The notes under the pieces were generated by a model. The model was not told the origin of the DNA, searched no databases, and saw only the letters and a program-made list of their open reading frames with translations. A stretch of DNA of 64,000 nt from an uncultured cyanobacterium. Its GTDB lineage: Bacteria; Cyanobacteriota; Cyanobacteriia; Cyanobacteriales; Nostocaceae. The stretch is taken from positions 480,001 to 544,000 of the forward strand of contig CAVUDP010000001.1 of NCBI GenBank assembly GCA_963740315.1. Reading direction: 5' to 3'. Below are positions 40,014 to 52,183 of this stretch, one piece after another; position 1 is the stretch's first letter; each line of letters opens with the position of its first letter. The position numbers and the translations under genes are program-made.

Positions 40014-40075
40014 TTAACTCCGGTGGTCCGGTAGTCCTAACTATTAACTATTAACTATTAACTATTAAATTAACC

Positions 40076-40852
40076 ATGAAAACAACAAAAAGATTGCAGG
40101 AAAAATACATCTTAATTACAGGCGCTTCCCAAGGTTTAGGAAGGCAGCTAGCAATTGATTTTGCTCTATGTGGTAGTGCGGGAATTGCGATCGTAGCGCG
40201 TAACAGTGAAGCACTAGAAACTGTGCGTCAACACATTTATGAAATTGCACCGCAAACCCAGATTTTGGTAATCAATGCCGACTTAACCAAACATGAAGAC
40301 ATCGAGCGTGTAATAGCTACAACATTGAACGAATTCAACGGTAAATTAGACGTATTGGTGAATAATGCATCAAGTATCGGACCATCACCAATGCCGTATT
40401 TACTCGACTATCCTTTAGAGGATTTTCGTAACGTTATCAACACCAATTTAATTGCTCCATTCCTATTAATTAAAAAAGCATTGCCAGCAATGATTGAAAG
40501 CGGTGGTTCCATCATCAACGTTAGCAGCGATGCGGGTGTAAATGGTTATCCCGGTTGGGGTGCTTACGGTATTTCCAAATTCGGTATTGAAGGAATGTCG
40601 CAGACATGGGCGGCTGAATTAGAAGACAGTGGAGTTCGCGTTAATTGGGTAGATCCAGGAGACATGAACACCGCCATGCACCGCGCAGCAGAACCCGAAG
40701 AAAACCCCTTGCAGTGGGCGAATCCCGCAGACGTGACGGAAGTCTTTATTTATCTAGCCTCCGAAGAATCGCGTCAAATTAACGGACAGAGATTTGAAGC
40801 CCAAGAAGAAAATTGGGGACAAGAGACAAAACAGCTAACAGTTGTTAGTTAA
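40076..40852 (+). CDS. Short-chain dehydrogenase/reductase
   Basis: TGASQGLG, VNNAS, YGISK and VDPGDMNT motifs. Confidence 0.92.
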   Translation: MKTTKRLQEKYILITGASQGLGRQLAIDFALCGSAGIAIVARNSEALETVRQHIYEIAPQTQILVINADLTKHEDIERVIATTLNEFNGKLDVLVNNASSIGPSPMPYLLDYPLEDFRNVINTNLIAPFLLIKKALPAMIESGGSIINVSSDAGVNGYPGWGAYGISKFGIEGMSQTWAAELEDSGVRVNWVDPGDMNTAMHRAAEPEENPLQWANPADVTEVFIYLASEESRQINGQRFEAQEENWGQETKQLTVVS

Positions 40853-40855
40853 GGT

Positions 40856-40884
40856 GTAGAGACGCGATACCCTTGCGTCTCTAC
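40856..40884. repeat. GTAGAGACG...CGTCTCTAC REP-like palindrome
   Basis: Related copies at 3160-3189, 29442-29470 and 42011-42035. Confidence 0.75.
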
Positions 40885-40954
40885 AAACCGTGGGTAAAAG
40901 AAGAATTACAAACTGTAGTCAAATACACCATTAATCAAAAACAATTGAGATATT

Positions 40955-42001
40955 ATGTCAACACCCTTTACTTTTTTACTTCCGGCGGAACTCTCCGCCA
41001 AAGAGCCACCAGAGCGTAGGGGAATAGCCCGCGATGAAGTACGGTTGATGACCATTAATCGTGATTCTGGCGAGGTTCAACACTCCCGTTTTAACGGTAT
41101 AAGTGAATTTCTGCGCCCTGGTGATTTACTAATTTTTAATACAAGTCGCACCCTTCCGGCTTCTCTTGAAGGCTGCGATCGCAATATAGACAAATGTGTC
41201 GAAATCCGCTTAGCGCAACATCTCCCGGATGATTCTTGGCTGGCTTTACTTTTGTGTCAGCAGGGAAATCCTTTTGCTTGCGGTTTGCAACAAGGTATGA
41301 ATTTAGATTTTGGCTTTGGTTTAACTGCAAAGGTAGAGAAACAGGATATTCATATTCCTCGTTTATGGAAAATTCGGTTTTCTTTTGCGGGTACCGAGTT
41401 AATGGATTTGATTTATCGTTTGGGGAATCCCATACGTTACGAATACATATCTAAACCTTGGGATTTAGACTATTATCAAACTGTTTATGCCAAAGAACCA
41501 GGTTCGGCAGAAATGCCATCAGCGGGAAGGGCATTTACTTGGAAGCTGTTATTTGACTTGAAACGTCATGGTATAGACATAGCGCAAATTGTTTTGCATA
41601 CAGGCTTATCTTCCTACATGGATGACGAACTCGATGCCCTCCATCCAGCATCAGAAGAAGAGTACTTTATAAGCGAAACAGCGGCGCAGAAGATTAATCG
41701 AACTCGCAAACGAGGAAGAATAATAGCCGTTGGAACAACCGTAGTTAGGGCATTAGAATCAGCCGTAGATGTTGAAGGTGTAGTGCGATCGCAGCATAGT
41801 TATACTCGGTTGCATATTACAGCCGAACATCAATTAAAGGTAGTAGATGGTTTATTGACAGGAATGCACGAACCAGAAGCCAGTCATTTAGACTTATTGA
41901 CAGCATTTTTACCAGCAGAAGAGATTCGTGTAGCTTACGAAGATGCAGTAAAACGCGGTTATCTGTGGCATGAATTCGGCGACTTGAATTTGATTGTGTA
42001 A
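40955..42001 (+). CDS. QueA-like protein (divergent paralog of SAM:tRNA ribosyltransferase-isomerase)
   Basis: YQTVYA and IAVGTTVVRALES QueA motifs, but SAEMPSAGRAF, HTGLSS and WHEFGDLNLI replace the canonical motifs. Confidence 0.85.
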   Translation: MSTPFTFLLPAELSAKEPPERRGIARDEVRLMTINRDSGEVQHSRFNGISEFLRPGDLLIFNTSRTLPASLEGCDRNIDKCVEIRLAQHLPDDSWLALLLCQQGNPFACGLQQGMNLDFGFGLTAKVEKQDIHIPRLWKIRFSFAGTELMDLIYRLGNPIRYEYISKPWDLDYYQTVYAKEPGSAEMPSAGRAFTWKLLFDLKRHGIDIAQIVLHTGLSSYMDDELDALHPASEEEYFISETAAQKINRTRKRGRIIAVGTTVVRALESAVDVEGVVRSQHSYTRLHITAEHQLKVVDGLLTGMHEPEASHLDLLTAFLPAEEIRVAYEDAVKRGYLWHEFGDLNLIV

Positions 42002-42230
42002 ATCACCAATGTAGAGACGTAGCACTGCTACGTCTTCTTCTTTTTAGGTTGTCACTCCTGCTATTTAACTTTCAGAAATATTTTCGCGGGATTTTAAATC
42101 ATTAACAGAGCGCGATACTTTTTAATTTAGAGAAGTAGATATTTTTGCCCCAGGGTTTTGTGTTGATTTTCATCTTTTATATCAAGCTGACTTAATTTAA
42201 AAGAACCGATTTATAATATCTAGAGAAATT

Positions 42231-43451
42231 TTAATTAATGGGTTTAGCAATAATATTCCCTGACTCAATTTTTTGTTTAATTTCCTCACTAAAAAGGATT
42301 TGACTTGTATTACCAGAGATAATCTTGGCGAGACTCGACTTATTGTCCACATCAATCAGTTCTACCCAAGCAATAGGTAATGTAAATGTGCGAATAGTTT
42401 CTTTTGTATGGGGGTCTACAAATGTTTTTGTTATTTCCTCAATCCTTAACCTCATTCCTTCTTTGTAACCGGATAATTTCCCGCGATTGAGAACAACAAA
42501 ATCTCCAAAAGTACCAATAACAACACTATCTTGATTACCAAACTGTCTTAATACAGATACAAACTTATTAGAATTAGCATTTAACTTTGCCGCAATATTG
42601 TCAATAGCTTTTTTTGTCGCCAAAGTCATTAAACTCCCTTCATTTTGTGTTGAAGAATGGCTAATTCTTTGTCGCTGGTTGGTATTTATTGATAATCTGA
42701 ATTCAGTACCGTTTTTAGAATAAATATTGTCTAAATAGTTATTGCTACTAGTTACTGTATTTGTATAATTATCATTATTAATAAGTCCTATATTAATACT
42801 AGGTACTTCGACATTACTTTCCGAAAAATTACTACTACCATGCTCTGTAAAAGTATCGATTATTTCACCCGTAGCAGTATTAATAATTCTGATATTTAAT
42901 GCAACATCAGCGTTTTTATTAGTAGTAGTTTTACCAAAACCAAGAAATCCACCTCCAGATGTCTGCTTATTAATATCGAATTGAGTTAAAGAACCTATTA
43001 GTATCGCTTCTATACCAAATTGCTGCCGAATTTTACACAATTCTATATTTTTTCGATTGATAGTCCCAATTTGCGTTCGCTCAATTACTATAAAATTACT
43101 ATTCTTCGCTAACTTACTTGCTATAATGTCGGCAATTCTCTTGACTTCTTCCACATTGCTAGATATCGATCTACTATTTAAACTGGTAGCAACAACTGTG
43201 AAATCAGCAACAGCAATTCTAATTTTTTCTGTAGCCCCCGATGGAAGATGCGAGCAATCTTTGTTCTGAGTATTTGAAGAAACTTTTTTGTCTTCAGCAT
43301 TTACAGTTTTTACAGTACTAATTCCTAAGAAAGACGCAAATATACAAATAATAATCAGCGAGGCAATGCGACGAACAAAATAATGATTCATCATTTTCCT
43401 CTTAATAAGTGAATTTTGGGTAAGCAGAAAATTTGGTCGCCCAAACTTCAA
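42231..43451 (-). CDS. CsgG-family secreted/envelope protein
   Basis: IAVADF, FIVIERTQI, IGSLTQF and RIINTATGEII motifs; start uncertain. Confidence 0.7.
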   Translation of the reverse strand: MKFGRPNFLLTQNSLIKRKMMNHYFVRRIASLIIICIFASFLGISTVKTVNAEDKKVSSNTQNKDCSHLPSGATEKIRIAVADFTVVATSLNSRSISSNVEEVKRIADIIASKLAKNSNFIVIERTQIGTINRKNIELCKIRQQFGIEAILIGSLTQFDINKQTSGGGFLGFGKTTTNKNADVALNIRIINTATGEIIDTFTEHGSSNFSESNVEVPSINIGLINNDNYTNTVTSSNNYLDNIYSKNGTEFRLSINTNQRQRISHSSTQNEGSLMTLATKKAIDNIAAKLNANSNKFVSVLRQFGNQDSVVIGTFGDFVVLNRGKLSGYKEGMRLRIEEITKTFVDPHTKETIRTFTLPIAWVELIDVDNKSSLAKIISGNTSQILFSEEIKQKIESGNIIAKPIN

Positions 43452-43883
43452 ATTAGGATATATCTTTTAACTAATAAATACTACAACTATTTAAGTAAAT
43501 TACCGGAATACGACTAATATGTCTTGGTATTAAAAATATTTGTACCTCAAGATAACGGTTTTATTATTACTAACAAAAGTATTATAGATTGCAACATACT
43601 TCCCTTTTTACAATAATTAAGTCCTAATTACTTATCTGTAATAAACTAAAAAATTCCGAATGTTAGGAAAATAATAAGTAAAAAGCGGTACATAGACCTA
43701 ATAAACAACAAAGCCGTATATTACATTTGTAGTACGGCAACATAAGCAAGATTTCAGAAAGCTGGATTTTGGGCATCTAAAATTCTTTGTTGAAAGATAA
43801 ATCAATTAATAATTATCTCTATTGCTAATTCCCGAATAAAATAGAAAACTGTATATTACTTTATAATTTTAAAAATTATTAAC

Positions 43884-44483
43884 GTGCTAACTTCTGAACT
43901 ACCAACCATCAACATTCTCAAGCAGCCTACCAATCCAGCTTGGGTAGAATTAGCAATATCAAACTTAGATGCAATATTATTAGATCATTCTCAATGCGAG
44001 CGTAAAGCAGCATCAGCAGCAATAAACTTTATGTTTCGCTACCCTTCCAATGCGAAGATGGTAAAGGAGTTGACAAAAATTGCCAAAGAAGAATTAGAAC
44101 ACTTCGAGCAAGTTAATGAGTGGTTAGAAAAGCGGGATATTGCTTTACGTCCAGTTACTCCACCTCCTTACGGTGCGAAATTGAAAGCTCAAATTCGTCC
44201 TACCGAACCCCATAGATTTTTAGATTCCCTACTTGTTAGTGCTTTAATTGAAGCTCGCAGCCACGAACGTTTGGGATTATTAGCTAAACATTGTCCCGAA
44301 TCAGATTTAGCTAAATTTTATCAGGGTTTAATGGCATCAGAAGCGCGGCATTATGGTATTTACTGGGTACTTGCAAATACCTACTACGATCGCGAAATTG
44401 TCACGCAGAGATTGGATGAATTATCAATTGCAGAAAGCGAAATACTTTCAACCCTTTATTATGAGCCAAGGATTCACAGTTAA
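43884..44483 (+). CDS. miaE: tRNA-(ms2io6A)-hydroxylase MiaE
   Basis: DHSQCERKAA, EELEHFE, IEARSHERL and SEARHY di-iron motifs. Confidence 0.92.
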   Translation: MLTSELPTINILKQPTNPAWVELAISNLDAILLDHSQCERKAASAAINFMFRYPSNAKMVKELTKIAKEELEHFEQVNEWLEKRDIALRPVTPPPYGAKLKAQIRPTEPHRFLDSLLVSALIEARSHERLGLLAKHCPESDLAKFYQGLMASEARHYGIYWVLANTYYDREIVTQRLDELSIAESEILSTLYYEPRIHS

Positions 44484-44520
44484 TTTGGGCATTGGGGAGA
44501 TGGGGAGATGGGGAGAGGGG

Positions 44521-44733
44521 GAGTACTTCGACAAGTCTTACAGTGAGCTACGTCGAACTGCTCAGTAACCTTTGGGGAGATGGGGAGAGGGGGAGTACTT
44601 CGACAAGTCTTACAGTGAGCTACGTCGAACTGCTCAGTAACCTTTGGGGAGATGGGGAGATGGGGAGATTGGGAGAGGGGGAGTACTTCGACAAGTCTTA
44701 CAGTGAGCTACGTCGAACTGCTCAGTAACCTTT
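44521..44733 (+). repeat. Three identical 53-bp nested hairpin elements in a GGGGAGAT tract
   Basis: Copies start at 44521, 44593 and 44681. Confidence 0.95.
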
Positions 44734-44866
44734 GGGGAGATGGGGAGACAAGGAGAAAAAGATTAAAATAGATATCTCCTCACTCTTAACTCCTAACTTT
44801 CATCTTCCCAATCTAAAATCTAAAATCCAAAATTTAAAATTCTGTAACTCCTAACTCCTAACTCTT

Positions 44867-45346
44867 ATGGTTAGTCTTTATTTTCGAGATTTTTTGATTC
44901 GTGAATGGAAATCTTGCGATCGCGATTTTGCTGCTGCTGTAATTCGTTCTGTATTGTCGGAGTATGGTTTGGGTTGGGAACCCGATGGAGCGGATAAAGA
45001 TGTATTGGAAGTGGAGGATTATTACTTAGACAAGGGTGGTTTTTGGGTAATAGAATACCAGGGTGAAGTAGTAGGTACGGGCGCTTACTATCCCATCGAA
45101 CGCGGTGAAAAGGCTGTAGAGATACGCAAAATGTATTTATTACCCAAAGCTAGAGGTTTGGGATTGGGGAAATTTTTGTTACAACAGTTAGAAGCGGAAA
45201 TTAGCTGCCGTGGTTTTAAAGAAATTTGGATTGAAACCGCCAGTGTTTTAAAAGAAGCTGTCAAGCTTTATGAAAACAACGGTTATAAACCTGCAACGGG
45301 TGTGGAAACAGAACGTTGCGATCGAGTTTATGTCAAAGAGTTATGA
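44867..45346 (+). CDS. GNAT acetyltransferase
   Basis: EIRKMYLLPKARGLGLGK and AVKLYENNGY motifs. Confidence 0.9.
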   Translation: MVSLYFRDFLIREWKSCDRDFAAAVIRSVLSEYGLGWEPDGADKDVLEVEDYYLDKGGFWVIEYQGEVVGTGAYYPIERGEKAVEIRKMYLLPKARGLGLGKFLLQQLEAEISCRGFKEIWIETASVLKEAVKLYENNGYKPATGVETERCDRVYVKEL

Positions 45347-45395
45347 GTTATTTACTCTCCTTGTCTCCCCCCTCTCCCATCCGAAGAACATTAAT

Positions 45396-46073
45396 ATGCA
45401 AATTTGGAAAAGTCTTCTTAATCTTTTTACAGAATCAAATTGTCCCTTATGTCAGCGTCCAACTCCGCAAGAGTTTTGTGAATATTGTCATAAACAGTTA
45501 CAAAAATGCCGTTTACCCGACTCGAAACGCAGTAAAGAAAATTTATTATCTCCACCAGTGATTGCTTGGGGTGCGTATGGAGGAGCTATCAAACGCGCGA
45601 TCGCCACAATGAAATACAACAATCATCCAGAAATTGCTCGTCCCCTTGGTGAATGGTTGGGAGAAACATGGCTGCAAAATTACGGTTTGGAACCTTTTGT
45701 AGTGGTTCCGATTCCGATGCATCCCGAAAAACAAAAAGAACGAGGTTTTAACCAAGCGGCGTTGATTGCAAAAAGCTTTTGTCAAACAACTGGGCTAAAA
45801 TTAAAGCTAAACGGATTACAAAGGATAAAAGCAACTGAAGCACTGTTTGGACTATCACCAACCGAGCGAAAAGAAACCTTGATTCAAGCTTTTGAGTTAG
45901 GAAAAGACTTTCGCAAACCTCCAAATGTGCCAGTAGTTTTAGTTGATGATATCTACACAACAGGTGCTACCGTCAATTCTGCAATAGAAATTTTAAGTAA
46001 ATCTGGAATAATTGTTTCTGGAGTTGCAGCAGTCGCAGTTCCCTCGAAGGTTAAGTATACAAAGAATTCATAG
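45396..46073 (+). CDS. ComF family (amidophosphoribosyltransferase-like) protein
   Basis: CPLC..CEYC zinc motif, RGFNQA and VDDIYTTGAT; ATG at 45396 preferred. Confidence 0.9.
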   Translation: MQIWKSLLNLFTESNCPLCQRPTPQEFCEYCHKQLQKCRLPDSKRSKENLLSPPVIAWGAYGGAIKRAIATMKYNNHPEIARPLGEWLGETWLQNYGLEPFVVVPIPMHPEKQKERGFNQAALIAKSFCQTTGLKLKLNGLQRIKATEALFGLSPTERKETLIQAFELGKDFRKPPNVPVVLVDDIYTTGATVNSAIEILSKSGIIVSGVAAVAVPSKVKYTKNS

Positions 46074-46144
46074 GCAAGATTCCCTAATAAAAATTATAAT
46101 TAACCAAAAATAAGATTATTTTTACAGGAAAACTACATACAATC

Positions 46145-46612
46145 ATGAGTAAGTCTAAAGCGCTAGGTTTGGGACAATTTGGATTGATTCCTGCTACGTT
46201 ACTGGCATTTGGTATAAGTACTACAGCTTTTGCTCAAGAAAATAAACAAGCTAATAAATTTTATAATCCCATACCTTTACCCGCCACTTACGAAATTTCT
46301 GATGCTCTGTCCGATAAAGATATTCCTACAGGGCAAGGTGGCTTTGCTCGCGATTATATGGTGAAGTTGACAAAAGGCGATAATTTAGCGATCGACCTCT
46401 CTTCAGATAGTTTTGACAGTATTATTACACTGCTTGCTCCCGATGGTTCAACGATCGCAGAAAACGATGATGGTCCCGATGGCAGCAGTAATTCCCTACT
46501 TTTTACCCGCGTCACCGAAGCTGGGACTTACATCGTTCGCGTTCGTTCCTTCGGAGAAACCGGAATCGGCAGTTTTAAATTAAAAGTAACCCGATTGAAG
46601 CCAGTTAAGTAA
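46145..46612 (+). CDS. PPC (pre-peptidase C-terminal) domain protein
   Basis: Signal peptide, DLSSDSFD...ENDDG...GTYIVRV. Confidence 0.8.
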   Translation: MSKSKALGLGQFGLIPATLLAFGISTTAFAQENKQANKFYNPIPLPATYEISDALSDKDIPTGQGGFARDYMVKLTKGDNLAIDLSSDSFDSIITLLAPDGSTIAENDDGPDGSSNSLLFTRVTEAGTYIVRVRSFGETGIGSFKLKVTRLKPVK

Positions 46613-46619
46613 AGATGGG

Positions 46620-46736
46620 GAGTACTTCGACAAGTCTTACAGTGAGCTACGTCGAACTGCTCAGTAACCTTTGGGGAGATGGGGAGTACTTCGACAAGTC
46701 TTACAGTGAGCTACGTCGAACTGCTCAGTAACCTTT
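46620..46736 (+). repeat. Two identical 53-bp nested hairpin elements (period 64)
   Basis: Copies start at 46620 and 46684. Confidence 0.95.
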
Positions 46737-46853
46737 GGGGAGATGGGGAGACAAGGGGATATTAACTCCTAACTGCTAACTGCTCACTGCTCACTGCTCA
46801 CTGCTCACTGCTAACTGCTAACTGCTCACTGCTAACTGGTAACTGGTAACTGC

Positions 46854-47627
46854 TCACTGTATCGTCATCGCACAAAGGAAAAGCGCTTCAGTCCATTCTA
46901 CGACTGCGCCGTATGTATCCCCCGTATGTCCGCCTAATTTGTGGTTGAACCAAGCACCTGTGAGAAATGCAAAGGCGATTCCGGTAAGTGTCATGGTTAT
47001 TGGTAGGAGTAAATCGTGTTGATTAAACAGTAACTTTACACAACTTAAAATTACTAATAACAAAACTGGAATTAAAACGTCTTTGTAAGAACGAATGGCT
47101 TGCTTGTGAAATGCACCTTTCCCAGTTGGTTTGAGGTAATCATATCTAGCGATCGCCAATATTTGTCCCCAACGTCCCCATGCACAAGCAGCTGTTAGTA
47201 TCAACCATCGATTTTCTTGTATTTCTGTTAAAGCTACTGTTTTAAGCAAGATTAAAATAATGGCTGCCATCGCTCCGAAAGCTCCTGTAGCACTATCGCT
47301 CATTACTTCCAAACGCCGCTCTTTATCCATGACTGCTAACCCATCAAATGTATCCATTGCTCCATCCATATGCAGTCCTCCCGTAATGGCAATCCAGCTA
47401 GCTACCACTAATGCACTGCGAGTTAATACTGGTATCCCTAACCAATTGGTTACAATGTCAACTAATCCCAATATCACCCCAATTATGACTCCAATCGCCG
47501 GAGCGTAACGGGCTACCTCGGCAAAATCTAATTTTTCTATATATGGCATTGGGATAGAGGTATAAAATATGATAGTCCCAATTGCATTTAAAACTTGCTT
47601 TTTCCACCACGGATACTGAGTATTCAT
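46854..47627 (-). CDS. cobS: Adenosylcobinamide-GDP ribazoletransferase
   Basis: [15 protein letters not shown] and [10 protein letters not shown] motifs. Confidence 0.95.
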   Translation of the reverse strand: MNTQYPWWKKQVLNAIGTIIFYTSIPMPYIEKLDFAEVARYAPAIGVIIGVILGLVDIVTNWLGIPVLTRSALVVASWIAITGGLHMDGAMDTFDGLAVMDKERRLEVMSDSATGAFGAMAAIILILLKTVALTEIQENRWLILTAACAWGRWGQILAIARYDYLKPTGKGAFHKQAIRSYKDVLIPVLLLVILSCVKLLFNQHDLLLPITMTLTGIAFAFLTGAWFNHKLGGHTGDTYGAVVEWTEALFLCAMTIQ

Positions 47628-48005
47628 ACTTGTTAAATTAATTACTTAAGTAGCGCCAAAACAATGACACTCATGATTACCGCACAAATAACAGTATCAA
47701 ATTTTAAAAGTTGAAATAAGATTTACTTGTATGAGAAACTGAGCCAAAAAATTTGTTATGCTTATCTAAGTAGGGAAAAATAAGTTAGTAATATTTATAA
47801 CAAGAACATGAATTATAAAGGATTGTATTTTAATTGGTGGTAGTGTTTTTTGTACTTTGGAAAAAAAAAGCTCATAATTAATGTCAGCGAGTTTAAGCAA
47901 TGCCTATCATTATCTGATATTTATATATTGCAAGGCATAAATTACCGCTGAGTGATTGGTTATGCAGGCTATAACGTTGTACTTCACCTTTGCTCATAAA
48001 GCTAT

Positions 48006-48464
48006 TTGATTATGAATCACCATCTACCTTCTGCCAAAATACTAGCTCCGTGCATCGTCAATACAGGTGTCATCGTAAATAAACTTGATATACGACGATT
48101 ACTGGCGGATTTAGGTCGTGTCCGCTATGCTTACACCCAAGATGGTGAGGTGTGCGGTTCCGGTGAAGGGGATGTAATGGAAGTTTTCGCAAATCCCCGA
48201 CGCTCTACATTAGTTGCCAATCACGCTCTTTATTTAAATGTTTATAGTTTCGATTATTTAGAACTTCATCAGTTGTCCGAAAATGTTACTTGTTTTGATT
48301 TAGTTCAGGAAGGGATGCGTTTGCGGTTAACTCCCCTTTCTACCCCAATGCAGGAACGACAAGAGCGTTGTTGGAATACGAGCGCGATCGAAGCAATGAT
48401 GGAACAGGTATTATCGGCAAAATGGGATGCAGAAATTGATGATGATAGTTCCGATTTGTTCTAA
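48006..48464 (+). CDS. Hypothetical protein
   Basis: 152-aa ORF directly upstream of tgt. Confidence 0.65.
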   Translation: MIMNHHLPSAKILAPCIVNTGVIVNKLDIRRLLADLGRVRYAYTQDGEVCGSGEGDVMEVFANPRRSTLVANHALYLNVYSFDYLELHQLSENVTCFDLVQEGMRLRLTPLSTPMQERQERCWNTSAIEAMMEQVLSAKWDAEIDDDSSDLF

Positions 48465-48483
48465 ATTTGATTTAATGAGTTAA

Positions 48484-49620
<1,137 letters not shown>

Positions 49621-49756
49621 CGGCGAGCAGTAATTCACACAAACTTTAATTTTTGCTCGGTTTTAGGGAATCATAAATTTATCACACAGAACATCACCTG
49701 CTTCTAAAAATTTAGTAGCGGATATTCTCTATAACCCTAAAAATCAAATCGAAGTA

Positions 49757-52156
49757 ATGCAACAAGGTTTAGATAAGAAAAAAAATAGAGAGATATATAT
49801 ATCGAAGCATAGAATACTTATAGCATCATTAGTGATTCCTGCAATTCACTTGTGTTTGTGCAAGATATGTTTATCGCTATCTTTCCAAAATGGTTCATCA
49901 GCAATTTGGCTTTCGGCAGGACTTTATTTAGCAAGTTTTCTGCTATTAGGATATCGGATATTACCTGCTTTGTTCGTAGGTGCGTTGATTGCTAATAGTA
50001 TATTTTTCTATAAAAACGACTTTTTAACAAGTAGCCTTATAGCTATCTACAATGTTGCCGATCCGTTCATCGCTAGTATTTTAATAAAACGCTTTATTAA
50101 AAATAATAAAATACTAAATTACTCTCAGAATATTTTTAAGTTTTTTATCTTAATTATTCCTACTCCAATAGTAATTACTACCCTTGCAACTGCTACTTTA
50201 TGTATGCGCGGCATAATACCTTGGTCTATTTATAAAGAAGTATGGCAAGGTTGGTTTGCATCAGTTATTGCTGGCATCTTGATTGTAACACCAGCAATGC
50301 TGGAATGGTTCCAAAAAGTAGAATTACGAAAATCATTTAGCAAACAAAAAATTAGCGAATTAGGATTGTTGATAATATCATTTATTCTTATTAGCTGGAT
50401 AGCTTTTTGGCAGGGATATCCTTTGGAATATATGATGATTCCACTGTTAATTTGGTCGGCGTTTCGCTTCGGAGATAAAGAGTCAACAATACTTGTTATG
50501 ATAGTTTCAGGAATTGCAGTTTTTGGTACTGTACGAGGTTTTGGTTCGTTCGCTAAATTAGGATCGGTAAATCAATCTTTGCTGTTGTTGCAATCTTTTA
50601 TTTGTGTCATAGCGGCAACTACTTATGTACTTTGTGCGGTAATTAATGAGAATCAACAAGCACAAATAAAGCTGAAAAAAGTAAATGAAGAATTAGAATT
50701 TCGGGTAAAAGAACGTACTTTTCAATTAGGAGAAGCATTAACGGTAGCCGATAAAGCAAAAATTGCTGCTGATAATGCTAATAAAGCCAAAAGCGAATTT
50801 CTTGCCAACATGAGCCACGAATTAAGAACTCCACTTAACGGTATTCTCGGTTACGCTCAAATTCTCCAACGTTCGGAATCGATGACAGATAAAGGAAGTA
50901 AGGGAGTTGATATCATTTATCAGTGTGCTTCCCATTTATTAACTTTAATTAATGACGTTTTAGATTTATCAAAAATAGAAGCTCGCAAAATGGAACTTTA
51001 TCCCGTGAAGTTTCATTTTCCATCTTTTTTACAAGGAGTTGTAGAAATCTGCCGCATTCGTGCCGAACAAAAAGGTATTTCGTTTAATTTTCAAGCTGAT
51101 GCGGAATTACCATTAAGCGTAAATGCTGATGAGAAACGATTGCGTCAAGTTTTAATTAATTTACTGGGTAATGCTATCAAGTTTACCGATAAAGGTAGCG
51201 TGACTTTGAAAGTTGATGTCATAAGTAAAGATGAAAATTCAAATTGTAAAATTAATTTTGAAATTATAGATACGGGGATGGGAATGACTCCCGAACAATT
51301 AAACAAGATTTTTCAACCTTTCGAGCAGGTAGGAGATATCAAAAAACAGGCTGAAGGTACGGGGTTGGGATTAGCAATTAGCTTAAAAATTATCTCTTTG
51401 ATGAATAGTGAAATTAAGGTAGAAAGCGAGATTGAGAAAGGTAGTAATTTCTGGTTTGAATTAGATTTACCATACTATGATGAATTAGCAGAAGTTTCTA
51501 GTATTAGCTTGCAAGAAAAAATCATCGGATATCAAGGAAGAAAACAAAAAATCTTAGTTGTTGATGATAGATGGGAAAATCGTTCGGTTGCTGGAAATTT
51601 ACTCGCACCGATTGGTTTTGAAGTCGAAGAAGCAAGTAATGGTAAAGAAGGTTTAGAGAAAGCTACATATTGGCAGCCAGATGTGGTAATTACCGATTTA
51701 GTAATGCCAGAAATGGATGGTTTTGAGTTAATAAATAATTTGCGAGAGTTACTTCAAAAAGATATAGTAATTATTGCTTCTTCTGCCAGCGTATTTGAAG
51801 CAGAGCAACAAAGAAGTTTGGATACTGGTGCCAATAGTTTTTTACCCAAACCAGTGCAGGTAGAAAGTTTATTAGAATTACTTAGCAGGCATTTAAAGCT
51901 TGAATGGGTTTACGAAGAGAAATCTCAAACAGCAAGTAATACATCATCATCAGAAATTATTCCACCATCAGATGAAATATTGCGTCATCTGCATTTAGTA
52001 GCGAAAAAAGGTGATGTTTACGCAATTATCGACGAAGTAAAGAAATTACAAGAAATTGACGACAATTTAACACCCTTTGCTCAAAAAATAATTCATTTAG
52101 CAGAGAATTTTCAACTCAAACCACTGCGACAGCTTATTAAAGAATACCTTAATTAA
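49757..52156 (+). CDS. MASE1-domain hybrid histidine kinase
   Basis: Multi-TM N-terminus, FLANMSHELRTPLNGI, HATPase, C-terminal receiver domain. Confidence 0.92.
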   Translation: MQQGLDKKKNREIYISKHRILIASLVIPAIHLCLCKICLSLSFQNGSSAIWLSAGLYLASFLLLGYRILPALFVGALIANSIFFYKNDFLTSSLIAIYNVADPFIASILIKRFIKNNKILNYSQNIFKFFILIIPTPIVITTLATATLCMRGIIPWSIYKEVWQGWFASVIAGILIVTPAMLEWFQKVELRKSFSKQKISELGLLIISFILISWIAFWQGYPLEYMMIPLLIWSAFRFGDKESTILVMIVSGIAVFGTVRGFGSFAKLGSVNQSLLLLQSFICVIAATTYVLCAVINENQQAQIKLKKVNEELEFRVKERTFQLGEALTVADKAKIAADNANKAKSEFLANMSHELRTPLNGILGYAQILQRSESMTDKGSKGVDIIYQCASHLLTLINDVLDLSKIEARKMELYPVKFHFPSFLQGVVEICRIRAEQKGISFNFQADAELPLSVNADEKRLRQVLINLLGNAIKFTDKGSVTLKVDVISKDENSNCKINFEIIDTGMGMTPEQLNKIFQPFEQVGDIKKQAEGTGLGLAISLKIISLMNSEIKVESEIEKGSNFWFELDLPYYDELAEVSSISLQEKIIGYQGRKQKILVVDDRWENRSVAGNLLAPIGFEVEEASNGKEGLEKATYWQPDVVITDLVMPEMDGFELINNLRELLQKDIVIIASSASVFEAEQQRSLDTGANSFLPKPVQVESLLELLSRHLKLEWVYEEKSQTASNTSSSEIIPPSDEILRHLHLVAKKGDVYAIIDEVKKLQEIDDNLTPFAQKIIHLAENFQLKPLRQLIKEYLN

Positions 52157-52183
52157 TTTTATTTAGATTATAAAAATTAAATT

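Noticed and set aside
44353..44728. ORFs 44353-44568 and 44492-44728 (also 20497-20682 and 20588-20863)
   Set aside because: They are translations of the 53-bp repeat and STRR tracts, not credible proteins
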